A DNA stretch of 64,000 nt from the human T2T-CHM13v2.0 reference genome, Homo sapiens (GCF_009914755.1 NC_060943.1); one strand, 5' to 3'. Counted from the stretch's first letter, positions 1 through 16,256 are shown. The notes: generated by a model not told the origin, from the letters alone. Numbers and translations are program-made.

Positions 1-304
1 TATTACTCAAAAGTTAAAAAATGACAGATGCTGGCAAGGTTGTGGAGAAAAGGGAATGCTTACACACTGCTGGTGGGAGTGTAAATTAGTTCAACCATCG
101 TGAAAACCAGTGTGGTGATTCCTCACAGAATTAAAGACAGAATTACCATTTGACCCAGCAACCTCATAATTGGGTATATGCCCAAAGAAATATAAGTTAT
201 TCTGTCATAGACATGCATGTTCACTGTGGCACTATTCACAATAGCAAAGACATGGAATCAACATGCTCATCAAAAATGGCAGACTGGATAAAGAAAATAT
301 GGTA

Positions 305-607
305 TGGCTGGGCAAAGTGGCTCATGCTTATAATTCCAGAATGTGGGAGGTCAAAACAGATGGATTGCCTAAGTTCGAGTTTGAGACCAACCAAGGCAAC
401 ATTTGTTGGTCTACAAAAAATACAGAAAGAAAAATTAGCCAGTCGTGGTGGCGTGCACCTGTAGCCCCAGCTACTTGGAGAGCTGAGGTAGGAGGATTGC
501 TTGAATGCAAGATGTTGAGGCTTCAGTGAGCCAAGATTGTGCCCATCACAGGACAGTGGGCGCCCAGACTCCAGCCTGGGTCTCCCCCCAAAATAAAATA
601 AAATATT
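305..607 (+). mobile_element. Alu (old, AluJ-like)
   Basis: Dimeric Alu flanked by TSD AAAGAAAATATGGTA. Confidence 0.85.
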
Positions 608-793
608 TAAAAGAAAATATGGTACATAAACATCATGGAATACTGTGTGGCCATAAAAAAAGAACAAGATTATGTCCTTTGCAGCAACATGAACAGAGCT
701 GAAGCCCATTATCCTTAGAAAACTAATACAGAAAGAGAAAACCAAACGCATGTTCTTATTTATAAGTTAAGAGATAATAACAAGAAAACATGA

Positions 794-1538
<745 letters not shown>

Positions 1539-2683
1539 CTATGCTTAGTACTTCAGTGATAAAATAATCTATACCAAATTTCCATGACAGTTTTATCTAT
1601 ATAATAAACTTGCACATGTACCCCTGAACCAAAAATAAACATTAAAAAGTAAAAACTCCATTAGTGGGGGAGAGTCTAATGTAGGCAGAAGAACTGGTTT
1701 GTGCTATTTCTGGGTCCATGTAGACTGATGAGGTTATGAACAGGTGGCCCAGAACCCTAGGTGGAGAAAACAGGTTTCTGCTGCAGATTCAGTGTCTGGG
1801 TGTGGGGATATGCCAGACTTATAGACACTTTTGTGGGTTTTTGGCAAGAAACACTAGAATGAAAAATGCCATGGTGAAGTTCCTGATGGTGGTGTCTAGT
1901 CCGGGGAGGGGTGTGGACATGTCAATGTCTAGTGGGTATGTTTATGAGTGGGTGGGAATACTGTGGTGGCAGCTGTGGGAAAAGGGGGACTGTCATCAGA
2001 GCTCCTTAAGTTTTCATCCTCTCTCACTCTGGGAGGAGACCTAGAATCACAGGACAATGGGTAGCGTGACAGCCTGTGTACAGGAGAGCAGAGCCTCCCA
2101 TTCCCAGACACCGAGCGATTAGTCCAAGCCAGGATTCCATATCTTTTCTCTGTCACCAAATGTGTAGAGTTAGCTGTACACCAAGCAATTCTGCAACACC
2201 AACTAATTGTCCAACATTTGAATTCTGACCCTACCCAGAGTCAGCACAGAACCTGATTCCAGGCTTAGTCTCAATACATTGACCTCACAGCAGATGCCAA
2301 TCACAAACCCCTTGGGCCCATCTGTGCTTGTAAGCTACTGTTTAAAAATTCAGAACTCCCATAAGCTCCCTGAAGTTCAATAATTTGATAGAGCTACTCA
2401 CAGAACTCAGCATGTTTACCAGTTTATTGTAAAAGCCACAACCCAGGAAAAGTCAAATGGAAAAAACATATAGGACCAAAAAAAGAGCTGGGAAAAAATG
2501 AAGCTTATACATAATCCTAGAAAATAGCTGTGATTAATAAAATTATCCATCCATCGTGTGCTCCAGGAACAGCTTATGGAAAGAAACACCCTTCCCATTA
2601 TGACTTAGATGGTGCTGTCTTTTCTTACCTATCACATAGCCAGACACAGACTCTGCACATTTTCTTCTTGTTCTCAAAAAAAA

Positions 2684-2982
2684 GGTGCCGGACACAGTGG
2701 CTCACACCTGTAATCCCAGCACTTTGGGAGGCCAAGGCGGGTGGATTACCTCAGGTTGGGAGTTTGAGATGAGCCTGGCCAACATGGAGAATCCCCATCT
2801 CTACTAAAAATACAAAATTAGCCAGGCGTGGTGGCGCATGCCTGTAATCCCAGCTAGTCGGGAGGCTGAGGCAGGAGAATTGCTTGAACCTGGGATGGGG
2901 AGGTTGCAGTGAGCCAAGATCACACGATAGCATTTCCAGCCTGGGCAACAGGAGCAAAACTCCATCTTAAAAAAAAAAAAAA
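2684..2982 (+). mobile_element. AluSp-like
   Basis: GGTTGGGAGTT, AACATGGAGAAA, GGCGCATGCC diagnostics. Confidence 0.9.
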
Positions 2983-3749
2983 GAGGAGGTGAATTTGTCC
3001 TCAGTGGTCAAAATAAAACACTTATAAAGCAAACTTCAGTTAAGTTTATCTCCTTCCCACAGATTCCTGAACTTTGAGCTACCTTCACTTTGAGTCAACA
3101 TAAAACTTCATTTTATATCCCTCCTAAGAACATGCTGACTTCAGGGAAAAACATTCTCTGATCTAAAATCTGATTTTTTTACCCTCCACTTGCCATTGCC
3201 CTCCCAACTTCTTTCTAATCTTGTTTGCTCCTCCCTATGAAAGAAAGCCCTTGTCTGCCTAAACTTTGCAATCCTTAAAGATCTTATAGTTGGTACTTCC
3301 TCCTGTTGCAATGCTCCTTTGTACACTGAATTTTCTTACATAAATCCAACTTTATTTTTAAAAGTCAAGAAACTGCCTCAAAACAGTAACAAGTTCATCT
3401 TTGGTAATATTCTCCCAGTCTCCTTTTATCTTAACCTTACTAGCATCTGCCTGTGGGTCCCCAGCTTTCCAGGGCTCTGTAGCTTCCCTCAGGATTAAGG
3501 CTTCTTTTATAGCTGGGCTGAGCAGGCTGGGACTTCTGCAGGGGAGGCTCCCCAGAAAGAACTAACTGGGCCCTTAATAACCTCCTTTTGCAGGCTCAAC
3601 ATTAGTTTTTTCTTGGAGTCACTGGGCTCAGGCTTTAATTTCCATGTCAGAGTTATACACTTGATTTTTGAAACTAAGTGTTTGAAAAATTCAGCAAAAT
3701 TACTCAAACACAGTGTTCATACATGGAAAATAAATTATAAGGTGCTTAC

Positions 3750-4050
3750 TTTTTTTTTTTTTTTTTTTTGAGACAGAGTCTCACTTTGTCACCCAGGCTG
3801 TAGTGCAATGGCACAGTCTTGGCTCAATGCAAACTCTGCCTCCTGGGTTCAAGTGATTGTCCTGCCTCCTCAGCCTCCTGAGTAGCTGGGACTACAGGTG
3901 CATGCCACCACACTTGGCTAACTTTGTATTTTACGTAGAGACGGGTTTCACTATGTTGGCCAGGCTGGTCTCGAACTCCTGACCTCGTGATCTGCCCGCC
4001 TTGACCTCTCAAAGTGCTGGGATTACAGGCATGAGCCATCGCACCTGGCC
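3750..4050 (-). mobile_element. AluS
   Basis: Poly-T followed by antisense Alu. Confidence 0.9.
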
Positions 4051-5857
4051 TACATTTTATACCTCAATAAGAACAGCAAAAGTATCTATTTCTTTCAGAT
4101 AATAAATTTATTATTGTATTATTTCTATTAAAAATAATGTAGTAAACAATTAGTCATAGGGAAAAACTTCTAGGAGGTACCAAGTTTCATCTCATGAAAT
4201 TTAGTATGAAACTCAGAAATCAAGATAACAGGATACAGAACAGAGATATTCACTCTCAGAAATTTACCCTGCAGAAAGAGGAACTAATGTTTTATAAATT
4301 TATGTAACTCACCAATTATCTACAATATTTCCTCGTGGAAATGTATTCATTTTCTACAGCCAAAATCGAAGGAGATTTTCCCTATTATTTTCCTTGGTAG
4401 CATTCTAAAAGCTGAGCCTTGGAATTCTGTTTGAAATCACCTACAGAAAACACACCTGAGAAAATTCCTAAACTCTCTCTGGGAAAGAAAAAGGTAAGTA
4501 AGAATTTTTAACATACGAAATATATGATTAGATATTAATATTTTTTGAAACCCACCACTTTTATGCCCTTTGTAAATGTTTTTGAACCTTTCAAGCTCTA
4601 CTAATAAAATGCAATTTACAGTTTAAGAAATTGAAATCAATATAAGTGAACAAATCTTTTCAAGGTGACGAACCCAGGGTGTAGCAGTGATGATTAAAAA
4701 ACAGATGTGTCTGACTCATGTGTCAAGTCAGGTCATCCAATCACGTGAGAGATTCTCCCACCCCAGCCTGCTCACTTAACTGCTCAATGACTAACCTCTC
4801 AGGAGACACTGCACTATGTTCCAGTGAGTGGCCCAGGTTTTACTTTCGGAAATTTTTGCAGCATCTCTCTGGGGTCAGGTTTTCTTTTGTTTTTTTTTTA
4901 GGGGGGATACTATTTTTTCTTTCACAAATCTTAGAGAATTCAGGGGACAGAAATTATTTCTGTTTTCCCCTTAATACCAGCCTCTGATTGGCTGACCAGC
5001 AATGTGTCACCAAGATATGAAAGCTGGGTTGGGTGAAAACAATGTTAATGTCTCAAGGGGTTACTTTTTTAAAGGAAGAGCACACCAGGAGATTTCTCTC
5101 AGCCCCAGTGCATCCATCTGCTTCCTTGAGAGGCTACACTCCATACCTCAGGCTGTCCTATGAAAGAAAATGACCCAGGACCTGAGATTCCCTAGACACT
5201 CTAGCAGACATAGCCATGGCTGATATAATGGTTTATTCACAGACAGTACTGAAACCGATGACCAAGAAAAAACTAAAGGGTGGTTGAGGACACATCACCC
5301 AATAAAGCTTCCCCCCGCCAAAAAAAAACCTTTACCCCAAAGCATTCTGGTAAGATCTCTCTGCCTAGGGAAGGTAAAAGGAAAAGAGGCACAGAGATTT
5401 TACACAACACAGTGTCAGGGGTTATTCTTTGCTTTCTTCTCATGGGAAATATTTACAAACAGAAAATGAATCTTTTAAAATGTGCCATCCAGTGGTTTGT
5501 AAAAAAAAATACAGTATTGAAAATATACACTAAAGGACAAATAGATGACAATGTGAACTAGGGAAACGAGGCTGGCATTTGGGATTGTCAGAAGGAACTG
5601 GAAATTTAGTATTTTACTTCAAGCCTGAGTTAGGCTGGAGGAATGGGGGATGAGGGCTAGACTTGAGACCGCACTTGGGACACATTTAAAAAATTCAGGG
5701 GAAAAAAAAAATCAGTCTCTTGTGAAGTGTGTATCCTCAAACGTATATTTTTTTTTTTGTAAATTTTTGTAAATTGCATTGGGGAAAACAAAATTTAAGC
5801 TTAACCAACTAACTATAAATGGCCAATTAAGCTCTGATTACATAACCAGAAAATTTA

Positions 5858-6046
<189 letters not shown>

Positions 6047-6428
6047 CTAACCGATTATTGAATTTGTTTTTTTTTTTTTTAATCATGGACCTTATAAAAG
6101 TCTTTCCTTCAAGTTCCTCCCATGAACCACAAACTAAAACCCATAGCTGGGTACTCTACAATTTTTGAGCCACTCTTTGATTAAATTCTTTAATCTTTTT
6201 GCGGTGACTCCATAAATTTTTAATAGATGAAAAGAGGGACTAGGAACCCCACCGACCAAAACTCTTCCCATTCATGAACCCTCACCCGAGTCGGGATTCT
6301 CCCCTGACTACCCTCCCATGGTCCCTGCACAACTGGCCAGAGACAAGGCGCTGCGGCTGCAGAGCTGCCCAGAGAGGCCTCCAGGCCAGGGGACCATCAC
6401 TGGGTCACTGTGCAGACAGGACGCCCAG

Positions 6429-7398
6429 TGTGGGGAAAAGCAAGAGAGATCAGATTGTTACTGTGTCTGTGTAGAAAGTAGACAGACATAGGAGACTCCA
6501 TTTTGTTTTGTACTAAGACAAATTCTTCTGCCTTGAGATGCTGTTAATCTATAATCTTACCCCCAACCCTGTGCTCTCTGGAACATGTGCTGTGTCAAAC
6601 TCAGGGTTAAATGGATTAAGGGTTGTGCAAGATGTGCTTTGTTAAACAGATGCTTGAAGGCAGCACGCTCCTTAAGAGTCATCACCACTCCCTAATCTCA
6701 AGTACTCAGGGACACAAAAACTGCGGAAGGCCGCAGGGACCTCTGCCTAGGAAAGCCAGGTATTGTCCAAGGTTTCTCCCCATGTGATAGTCTGAAATAT
6801 GGCCTCGTGGGAAGGGAAAGACCTGACCGCCCCCCAGCCCGACACCCATGAAGGGTCTGTGCTGAGGAGGATTAGTATAAGAGGAAGGCATGCCTCTTGC
6901 AGTTGAGACAAGAGGAAGGCATCTGTCTCCTCCCTGTCCCTGGGCAATGGAATGTCTCGGTATAAAACCTGATTGTACGTTCCATCTACTGAGATAGGGA
7001 AAAACCACCTTAGGGCTGGAGGTGGGACATGTGGGCAGCAATACTGCTTTGTAAAGCATTGAGATGTTTATGTGTATGCATATCTAAAAGCACAGCACTT
7101 GATTCTTTACCTTGTCTATGATGCAAAGACCTCTGTTCATGTGTTTGTCTGCTGACCCTCTCCCCACTATTGTCTTGTGACCCTGACACATCCCCCTCTT
7201 GGAGAAACACCCATGAATGATCAATAACTACTAAGGGAACTCAGAGGCTGGTGGAATCCTCCGTATGCTGAACGCTGGTTCCCTGGGTCCCCTTATTTCT
7301 TTCTCTATACTTTGTCTCTGTGTCTTTCTCTTTTCCAAGTCTCTCCTTCCACCTAACGAGAAACACCCACAGGTGTGGAGGGGCAACCCACACCTTCA
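6429..7398 (+). mobile_element. HERV-K(HML-2) solo LTR, LTR5_Hs-type
   Basis: Starts TGTGGGGAAAAGCAAGAGAGATCAGATTG, ends CCTTCA; 970 bp; perfect 6-bp TSD GCCCAG (6423-6428 / 7399-7404). Confidence 0.93.
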
Positions 7399-7590
7399 GC
7401 CCAGGGTCCTGCTGTCAGCGCAGCCACCATGCTATGGCTGAAGAGGACTGAGGCTGAGTTGGGCAAGGAGAACTTGGGGCGCAGACTGTGGAGCTGACTG
7501 ACGGGAGACCCGAGTCCCACCACAGCCGCTTGCCACCAGTTCCAATCAACTCCTTCCCTTTTCTCAGGATGTCAGACCCGGCACTCTCAC

Positions 7591-7620
7591 CATTTCTAGG
7601 CTTCCAGGGGGTCCTGGCAT
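7591..7620 (-). CDS. First coding exon of a ZNF91-subfamily KRAB C2H2 zinc-finger gene (MPGPPGSLEM); KRAB and finger exons lie outside the window to the left
   Basis: Minus strand ATGCCAGGACCCCCTGGAAGCCTAGAAATG|GTGAGAGTG, preceded by GGAGATCCACAGCTAAG, the typical exon 1 of this subfamily. The peptide matches my recollection of the ZNF680 N-terminus, but paralogs and pseudogenes are near-identical here, so no symbol is assigned. Confidence 0.8.
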
Positions 7621-7900
7621 CTTAGCTGTGGATCTCCCAATACCTGCAGGTCACAAAGTCACGGAGACTGGGCCTCTGAAGACTAGACGTAGAGCTCCAG
7701 CTGCAGCCGGAGACAAAGGCCCCCATATTCCGGAAGCTGTCTTGCCCGCTCCAGCTGCGTGGCTGATTGGAGGGTTTCCAGCCCAGTGTTGCTGATTGGA
7801 TAACGCTTAAATCCCCGCCTCCTCACATCGTGATTGACAGAAGATGTGACCAAACGCTAGGCTGAATGAAGAAAGAGTGACTGCCTAAGCTGCCGCCCGC
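7621..7900 (-). promoter_or_regulatory. 5'UTR and proximal promoter of the KRAB-ZNF gene
   Basis: ETS-type CCGGAAG 7730-7736; two CCAAT boxes on minus strand (ATTGG 7766-7770, 7795-7799); GC box CCCCGCC 7813-7819; CpG-enriched. Confidence 0.8.
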
Positions 7901-8093
7901 TCAGAAAGGGCTTCGTCCCTGAGCTGAGCCAGGCCCACCCTAGAGGGTGTTTGCATGTAATCTTGTGTATAAGGTTATATGCATTTATAAATATTATACT
8001 GTATGGCTATTCACAAATGAAAAGAATATAATAATAATGATTTTGAAATTTCAGGTTTTATAACCTTCCTGGCTTTGAGAAGGCAGCATGAGA

Positions 8094-8394
8094 TTTTTTG
8101 TCTTTGTTTTTGTTTTTTGAGACGGAGTCGCTCTGTTGACCAGGCTGGAGTGCAGTGACGCGATCTCGGCTGACTGAAAGCTCCGCCTCCCGAGTTCACG
8201 CCATTCTCCTGCTTCAGTCCCCTAAGTAGCTGGGACTACAGGCGCCTGCCACCATGCCTGGCTAATTTTTTGTATTTTTCGTAGAGACACGTTTCACCGT
8301 GTTAGCCAGGATGGCTCGATCTCCTGACCTCGTGATACGCCCACCTCGGCCTCCCAAAGTGTTGAGATTACAAGCGTGAGACACTGCATCCGTC
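8094..8394 (-). mobile_element. AluY-type
   Basis: Antisense Alu with TTCACGCCATTCTCC and GTGTTAGCCAGGATGG. Confidence 0.9.
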
Positions 8395-8750
8395 TGTTGT
8401 AACAATTTAATTAAAGCAATATATCCAAAATATTATTTTAATATGTGAGCAATGTATAATTATGAATGAGATATATATTTATATATAACATAATTATGTA
8501 TCTATATATTGCATTATGCTATGTATTTTTATCCATATTATATATAGATATTTTTATCTATATGTTGTATATTTTTATATTTATGGAACTAAATCTTTGA
8601 AACTAACTCTGCATTTTACCTTTCTTGCAAATTGCAGCTCAGACCAGCCACATTCCAGGCTCCCAGGAGCCACACATGGTCAATACCTGTCACATTGAAG
8701 TGCAGCTCTGTTGTCAGGTCTGTGAAAGGCCTGAATATCCCTTTTCTTCC

Positions 8751-9261
8751 TGTTAGGAATAACGCTCAAAATCATAAGGAAATTGAACACTCGAACAAAG
8801 GATTCCTAGCAAAGCAATTTTAGTTCTGCACAGAGGGGTGCGTTCTTGTCCAGTCACCATGAGAGCACACCTGAACAAAGGGGCACAAGAGCCTTTATTC
8901 CTGACACAAGTCCTGCCCCTGTACCCTTTCCCCATTGGCCAGGGTCGGGTCGTACAATCTGAACTAATCCTGGTTGGCTAAACATTTGATTTTTTTAGAT
9001 AAGGTGGGCATGCAAAAGAATGCAGAGAGGAAGGGGAAGGGGTGTCTGCATTGAGCTAGAAAGTTAGTCCTCTTTCCAAATAAGGGAAGAAATGTGAGCT
9101 GGTACTGATAATGCCTGGTACTGTGGCGTGCCTGGGCATCTAACAAAGGCAGAAAGGAAAAAGGAGAAAAAGGAAAAAAAGGGGTGTGTGTGTGGGTACT
9201 ATGAATTAAAGAATAAAAGATTGATCAGGCTATTTGAAGAGAAACCTCATCGTATCCCACA
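8751..9261 (-). mobile_element. ERV1 solo LTR, LTR10 family (HERV-I/IP type)
   Basis: TG...CA bounded, 511 bp; minus strand begins TGTGGGATACGATGAGGTTTCTCTTCAAATAG; 4-bp TSD-like TTCC/TGCC. Confidence 0.75.
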
Positions 9262-9745
9262 TGCCCGACATGAGGGAACAGCCTCTTTCTACTAACATCT
9301 GTCTTCAGTTTCAAGGGTGGAACAGATAGTGGTCATAGAAAGAGCAGAAGGTAACAAGAATAAAATAACCACAGGTAGACCACTGAAGAATGATGGGGCC
9401 ACAGGAGAACAAAACTCTATGTCTTCAGACCTGTCCACAGTATTGACCTCCAATTTTTAGATATGAAGAAAATAGATTAAAGGCAAACTTTGGCTATTTG
9501 GCCTTGGCCATAATGGTCAGGCTCTGGTCATCGGTTTTTTCCTGTGGTGTGGGGGACTGTGTGCATATAAGCACCAATCACATGCATACATGTCTACAAG
9601 TATTCCTGCATCAGTCAACATTGCCTTACAAGACATTTAACTTTAAATCGGGAAAAATGTCAGTACCTTTAGGGTGCCCATTGTTAGAAGGTGACTAATA
9701 ATCAAACTGTCTTTAAATCTTGACACCCAATCTGCACTGGGTGCA

Positions 9746-10250
9746 TGTATTAGTTAGGTATGGCAGCATAACAAATCATCCAAAACTTATTAGCTCATAA
9801 TTGAGATGGTCCGCCATTTAGGCTAGGCTCAGTGGGGCCATTCTTCTGTTCCCAGCTGAGCTCCTTCAGACATGTATTGTCAGCTGTTTGTTGACTAGGC
9901 AGCTGTGCTTCTGGGAGTGAGCTTGTGCTTCAAGATCTGTCAACAGGGGCACCTTGCTACTCCTCCTCGTGGTATTTTATCCTCTAGGTGGCTAACATGG
10001 ACTTTATTGATGGAGACAGCAGCATTCTGAAAGAAAAGCAGAAGCATTCAACACCATTTGAGCCCAGGCCCCAAACTAGCCCACTGTCATGTTCACAAGT
10101 ATCTAGTGCCTTGAACAAATAAGGCCAGCCAGATCTAGGGTTGGGAAAACAGATTCTGTATCTCAATGGGAACAGCTGTAAGAGCACCTGCCAATAGGCA
10201 TGGATAGGAGGGATGAAAAATTGCTACCATTTTTGCAATCAATATCATTA
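9746..10250 (-). mobile_element. MaLR LTR (MLT1-type), degraded
   Basis: TGTATTAGTTAGG...ATAACAAATCATCCAAAACTTA..., GGCCAGCCAGAT motifs. Confidence 0.55.
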
Positions 10251-10512
10251 TGCCTTTTTTGCATATGTGGTTTATACAACTCTTTTGCATCAAGAAACTT
10301 GTCCAAAGACTCACAGCTACTAAATGGCTGGCCTGAGACTCAGTACCAACTCTTCTGACTCTAAAGCCCATGCATCAAACTCTTGGCTGCTGTAGATCCT
10401 TGAAATCCTGGAGAGAGATGCTGCTACAGTAAAAGCCAGATTTTTAAAAAATGTATGCCCATATAGCACTATTTATGATTGGGAATAATCCTTTCAAGAA
10501 ATTGCAGAAGCA

Positions 10513-10801
10513 CAGGGTGCCTCACACCTGTAATCCTAGCATTTTGGGAGGCTGAGATGAAAGAATCACTTGAGTTCAGGAGTTTACGTGCAACCTGGGC
10601 AACATAGTAAGATCCTGTGTCCGTGAAAAAAAATTTAAAAATTGGCCAGTCATGATGTTGCATGTCTGTCGTCTCAGCTCTTCGGGTGGCTGAGGCAGGA
10701 GGATTGGTTGAGCCTGAAGTGTTAAGGTTGCTGTGAGACATGATTGGTTGCACCACTACACTCCACCCAGAGTGATACAGAGAGACACTGTCTCAAAAAA
10801 A
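10513..10801 (+). mobile_element. AluJ-like
   Basis: Diverged Alu; TSD AATTGCAGAAGCA. Confidence 0.85.
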
Positions 10802-11303
10802 TTGCAGAAGCATTTGAATGGACATATAATAATTTTGAAAAATAGCTGAGGAATGAGTTTAGAAAAATCAAAGCCCAAGAACACATTATTTATTTTCATC
10901 ATAGAAAAAAGAAAAAGAAACTTTAGAGAAATTAAATTTATCAGAGTTTAATTGAGAAAAGAATGATTTGCAAATTGGGTAGCCTGTGTAGGCTCAGAGA
11001 GTCTCCAGCATAGCCACATGGTGGTAAAAAATTTATGAACAGAAAAGGCAAATTGACATGCGGAAAATGGAAGCCAGGTACAGAAACAGTCAGATTGATT
11101 ACAGCTTGGGAGTTGCCTTATGGTTTGAACAGTTGACGTCATTTTACTGGCCAAAACACATTGATTGGTACAAGAATGGGTACAGTCTATTTACATATCC
11201 AGGTAGGTTTCAGTTTAGTATTTTAAATAAAAACGACCAAAATTAAACGTGAAAGGGGGCAGCTTTATGGTGTAATTAATTTAATAATTTGTCCTTTTGG
11301 TCA

Positions 11304-11638
<335 letters not shown>

Positions 11639-11792
11639 CTTGGATATTGATATTACTCTCTCACTATAAAAGAAGTACTTATTTAGTCTGAAATCCCACT
11701 GTGAAATAGCATAACTGTGGATTTTTTAAAGTAGAAACAAGGACTTCAGGTTATTATTATTTTATTATTATTATTTATTTTTAAAAGAGTAG

Positions 11793-12227
<435 letters not shown>

Positions 12228-12540
12228 TGAGTGACTTACTTTTTTTGTTTTGTTTTTCTGTTTGAACCTAGTGCAGAAGTTAAGAATGATGGCCTCCGAT
12301 AAATTTGTTTAAAAAATTCTCCCATTTTGGCAAAGTTCTCACATAGATCAGAGTGTAAAAAACTCACGATCTTAGTGCCACTGTCAATTTCCATTATTTT
12401 TGGGTTTTGTCCATATTATGTCATTCATAGGTTATGGTGTCTCCATAGTCACATATGTCTCAATTGTTGTCATTCTAGTTAAAGAGAGACCATTTGTCAT
12501 TCTAGAGATGACTCATGCATGATAACATTTAAAACTTTTG

Positions 12541-12645
12541 AGCTGAGGTGGAAGGATTACTTGAGCCCGGGGGTGGAGGTTGCAGTGAGCTGAGATCACA
12601 CCCCTGCATTCTAGCCTGGCTGACAGAGTGAGACCCTGTCTCTAA
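12541..12645 (+). mobile_element. AluJ right-arm fragment
   Basis: GAGGTGGAAGGATTACTTGAGCCC...GACCCTGTCTCT. Confidence 0.8.
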
Positions 12646-12695
12646 AATGCAATGCAACGCAACGCAACGCAACGCAACGCAACGCAATGCAATGC
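12646..12695 (+). repeat. Pentanucleotide microsatellite (AATGC)2(AACGC)6(AATGC)2
   Basis: Read directly; occupies the Alu tail position. Confidence 0.95.
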
Positions 12696-12761
12696 ATAAA
12701 ATAGCCTCAACCATGTTCCAACAATTACTTTCTTTTTTCTTCTCCAACAATAACCATAACC

Positions 12762-13058
12762 TTTTTTTTTTTTTTTTGAGACAGAGTCTTGCTCTGTCAC
12801 CCAGGCTGGAGTGCAGTGGCGCAATGTCGACTCACTGCAACCTCCACCTCCCAGGTTTAAGAAATTCTCTGCCTCACCCTCCCAAATAGCTGGGATTACA
12901 GGCACGTGCCACCTCGCCCATCTAATTTTTTTGTATTTTTAGTAGAGATGAGGTTTCATCATCTGGGCCAGGCTGGTCTTGTACTCCTGACCTTGTGATC
13001 CTCTTGCCTCAGCCTCCCAAAGTGGTAGGATTACAGGCGTGAGCCATTGCACCTAGAC
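12762..13058 (-). mobile_element. AluS
   Basis: Antisense Alu; TSD CAATAACCATAA. Confidence 0.9.
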
Positions 13059-14273
13059 AATAACCATAATCTTAAGAGTTAACATTGTAGATCAATTTTG
13101 TGTTTTTATTCAAGTGTTTTGTTACAAAAAATTAAACATATGCAAAACAACAACAACAAAAATAATTTAATAGACCTATCATGAAGCTTCAACAACTACT
13201 AATCTTGTGCCATTCTGGTTTCACCTATTCTTCTCTACTTCGGTCATCCCTGGCCAACCCATTGTCCACCCTTCATTATTTTCTTCAGTTTTGTTTTTTG
13301 TGACGTCATATGTACATACATTGGAAGGCACAAATCCTAACTGAAGATTTTTGACAAATAAATACACCCATATGACCTTCATATCTTTTAAGAATAAATA
13401 GAATGTTTCCCTTCTCTATTAATAGAATTTATAATAAAATGATAGAATATTCTTATTATTCTCAGATAATTCCCTCCTGCTTTTTTCAGACAATTTTAAT
13501 CTCTACCGAGGCTACTTGGTATTTTTTTTTTTACCATTAGTTCATTTTTCCAGACATTATACAATTTGTATTATTTTATTTCAAGCTTGTCTCAGCAGGT
13601 TTATGAGATTCATCCAAGGTGTGTGCTTCAGTTTGTTTCTTTCTATGGCTGAGTAGCCTTCTCTTGTATGAATGAGCTATGATTTGTTTATTCATCTTCC
13701 TAGACATGGACATTTGGGTTGTTTTCTGCTTTAAGCTATTATGACTAAAAGGTCTATAAACATTCTGGTACAAATACTTTTTCATATATAATTTAATTTC
13801 TTTACTAGCATTTAAATGACAACTCTTTACATTTTTTAGTGGTTTCTTTAGGGATAACCATATGCATCTTTAACATATCACAATCTACCTAGAGTTAATA
13901 CTGTACAATTGTAATAAATGTAAAATATGAAGACCTTGCTATGGATGAGCTTTACTTACCTCCTTTTATTTTTATGCTATTCATAAATTTTACATCTACA
14001 CATTCTATATCTCACAATACTTACAATTTCTCCTTTAGTCATAAGTCTTATAAAGAAATTAAGAGAAAATGGTATTATAAATATTTGGAGGCAGATATTT
14101 TGGGCTATGTAAATACACTGTTTCTCCTTTAAATTTTACCCACAATTTGTGCATTCTTTAATACATCTTTATCTACAGTAATTATTACTGTGGTGTCCTG
14201 GTAGTGATTTCCTATTTTGCATTATCTATCTACATTGATTAGTACTTAGAATTCTGTTAAGAAGATTTGCTTT

Positions 14274-14583
<310 letters not shown>

Positions 14584-15158
14584 AAGATTTGCTTTTTCTC
14601 TTTCTTCTTTCCTTTTTTCTTATTATATTTTGTCTATATCTGCATGGACTCATGTATAGCTCTTTTATTCTCTAGGTTATAATCCAAGGGTATTATTATT
14701 TTGTTTCTCACATTGTTTCAGCTTGGGCTGCTGGAAACTCTTTCAGGTTCACTTCCTCTGACATGTCTCTTTCTGTTGTTCATAAAGCACTTTTTAACTT
14801 TCTAGCTTTACAAAATACTCTACCTTAAGTTTGATTTTTCACTCCAGTCCCAGAATTATCTATTTGTCCAAGTAGTGTTGCTTCCTTCTATTGAAGAATA
14901 GTACTTAGGAACCATAATATGAGAGCTAGGTATTCTTATTAATACTGGGGTGTTACTGCTTCTGAAAGCTCTCAGCAGACAGAGTTTGGAAATGTACATA
15001 TTAATATACACTCACATATAAAAACATCTCTTCCTTTCTCTTTCTCTGTGTCTCCCTCTCTCTGAATGAATAAATTATGAGACCTGCATTTATCCAAATA
15101 TTCCTGGCTAGGGATGGTGGCTCATGCCTGTAAACCCAGGATGTTTAGCTCAGAATGA

Positions 15159-15542
<384 letters not shown>

Positions 15543-15857
15543 AGTCTTTATTACTTTTATTGTCTGATTGTTTATTGCTAGTTTAGTTTAAAAAGTTGAC
15601 TTTTGTTTATTGAAGCTGTATGTAATGAACTTGGTAAATTCACTTGCAAATTCTTACAGATTTGCTACACAAGATAATCATTATGTGCAAATGACCGTTT
15701 TATTTTTTCCTATTAAATTTTTTTTTTCCTTACCTTATTGCACTGGCTAGGGTCTCCAATGAAATATAATAGAATCAATAATAGCAGGCATCCTTGTCTT
15801 TTTCCTGATCTAGGAGGGGAAACTTTTAGTAGTTTACCATTGAGAATCATAATAACT

Positions 15858-16167
<310 letters not shown>

Positions 16168-16256
16168 TTACTATAGATTGTTGAAAAGTAGGTACCTTTT
16201 ATTAAATTAGGTAAGTTTTCTTTCATTCTAGATTGCTGCTTTTTAGAAAATTATGA

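Noticed and set aside
7591-7620. Assigning a specific symbol such as ZNF680
   Set aside because: Ten codons are shared almost identically among many paralogs and pseudogenes; needs BLAT of unique flanks
8455-8585. AT-rich stretch upstream of the ZNF promoter
   Set aside because: Low-complexity TA expansion with no evidence of function
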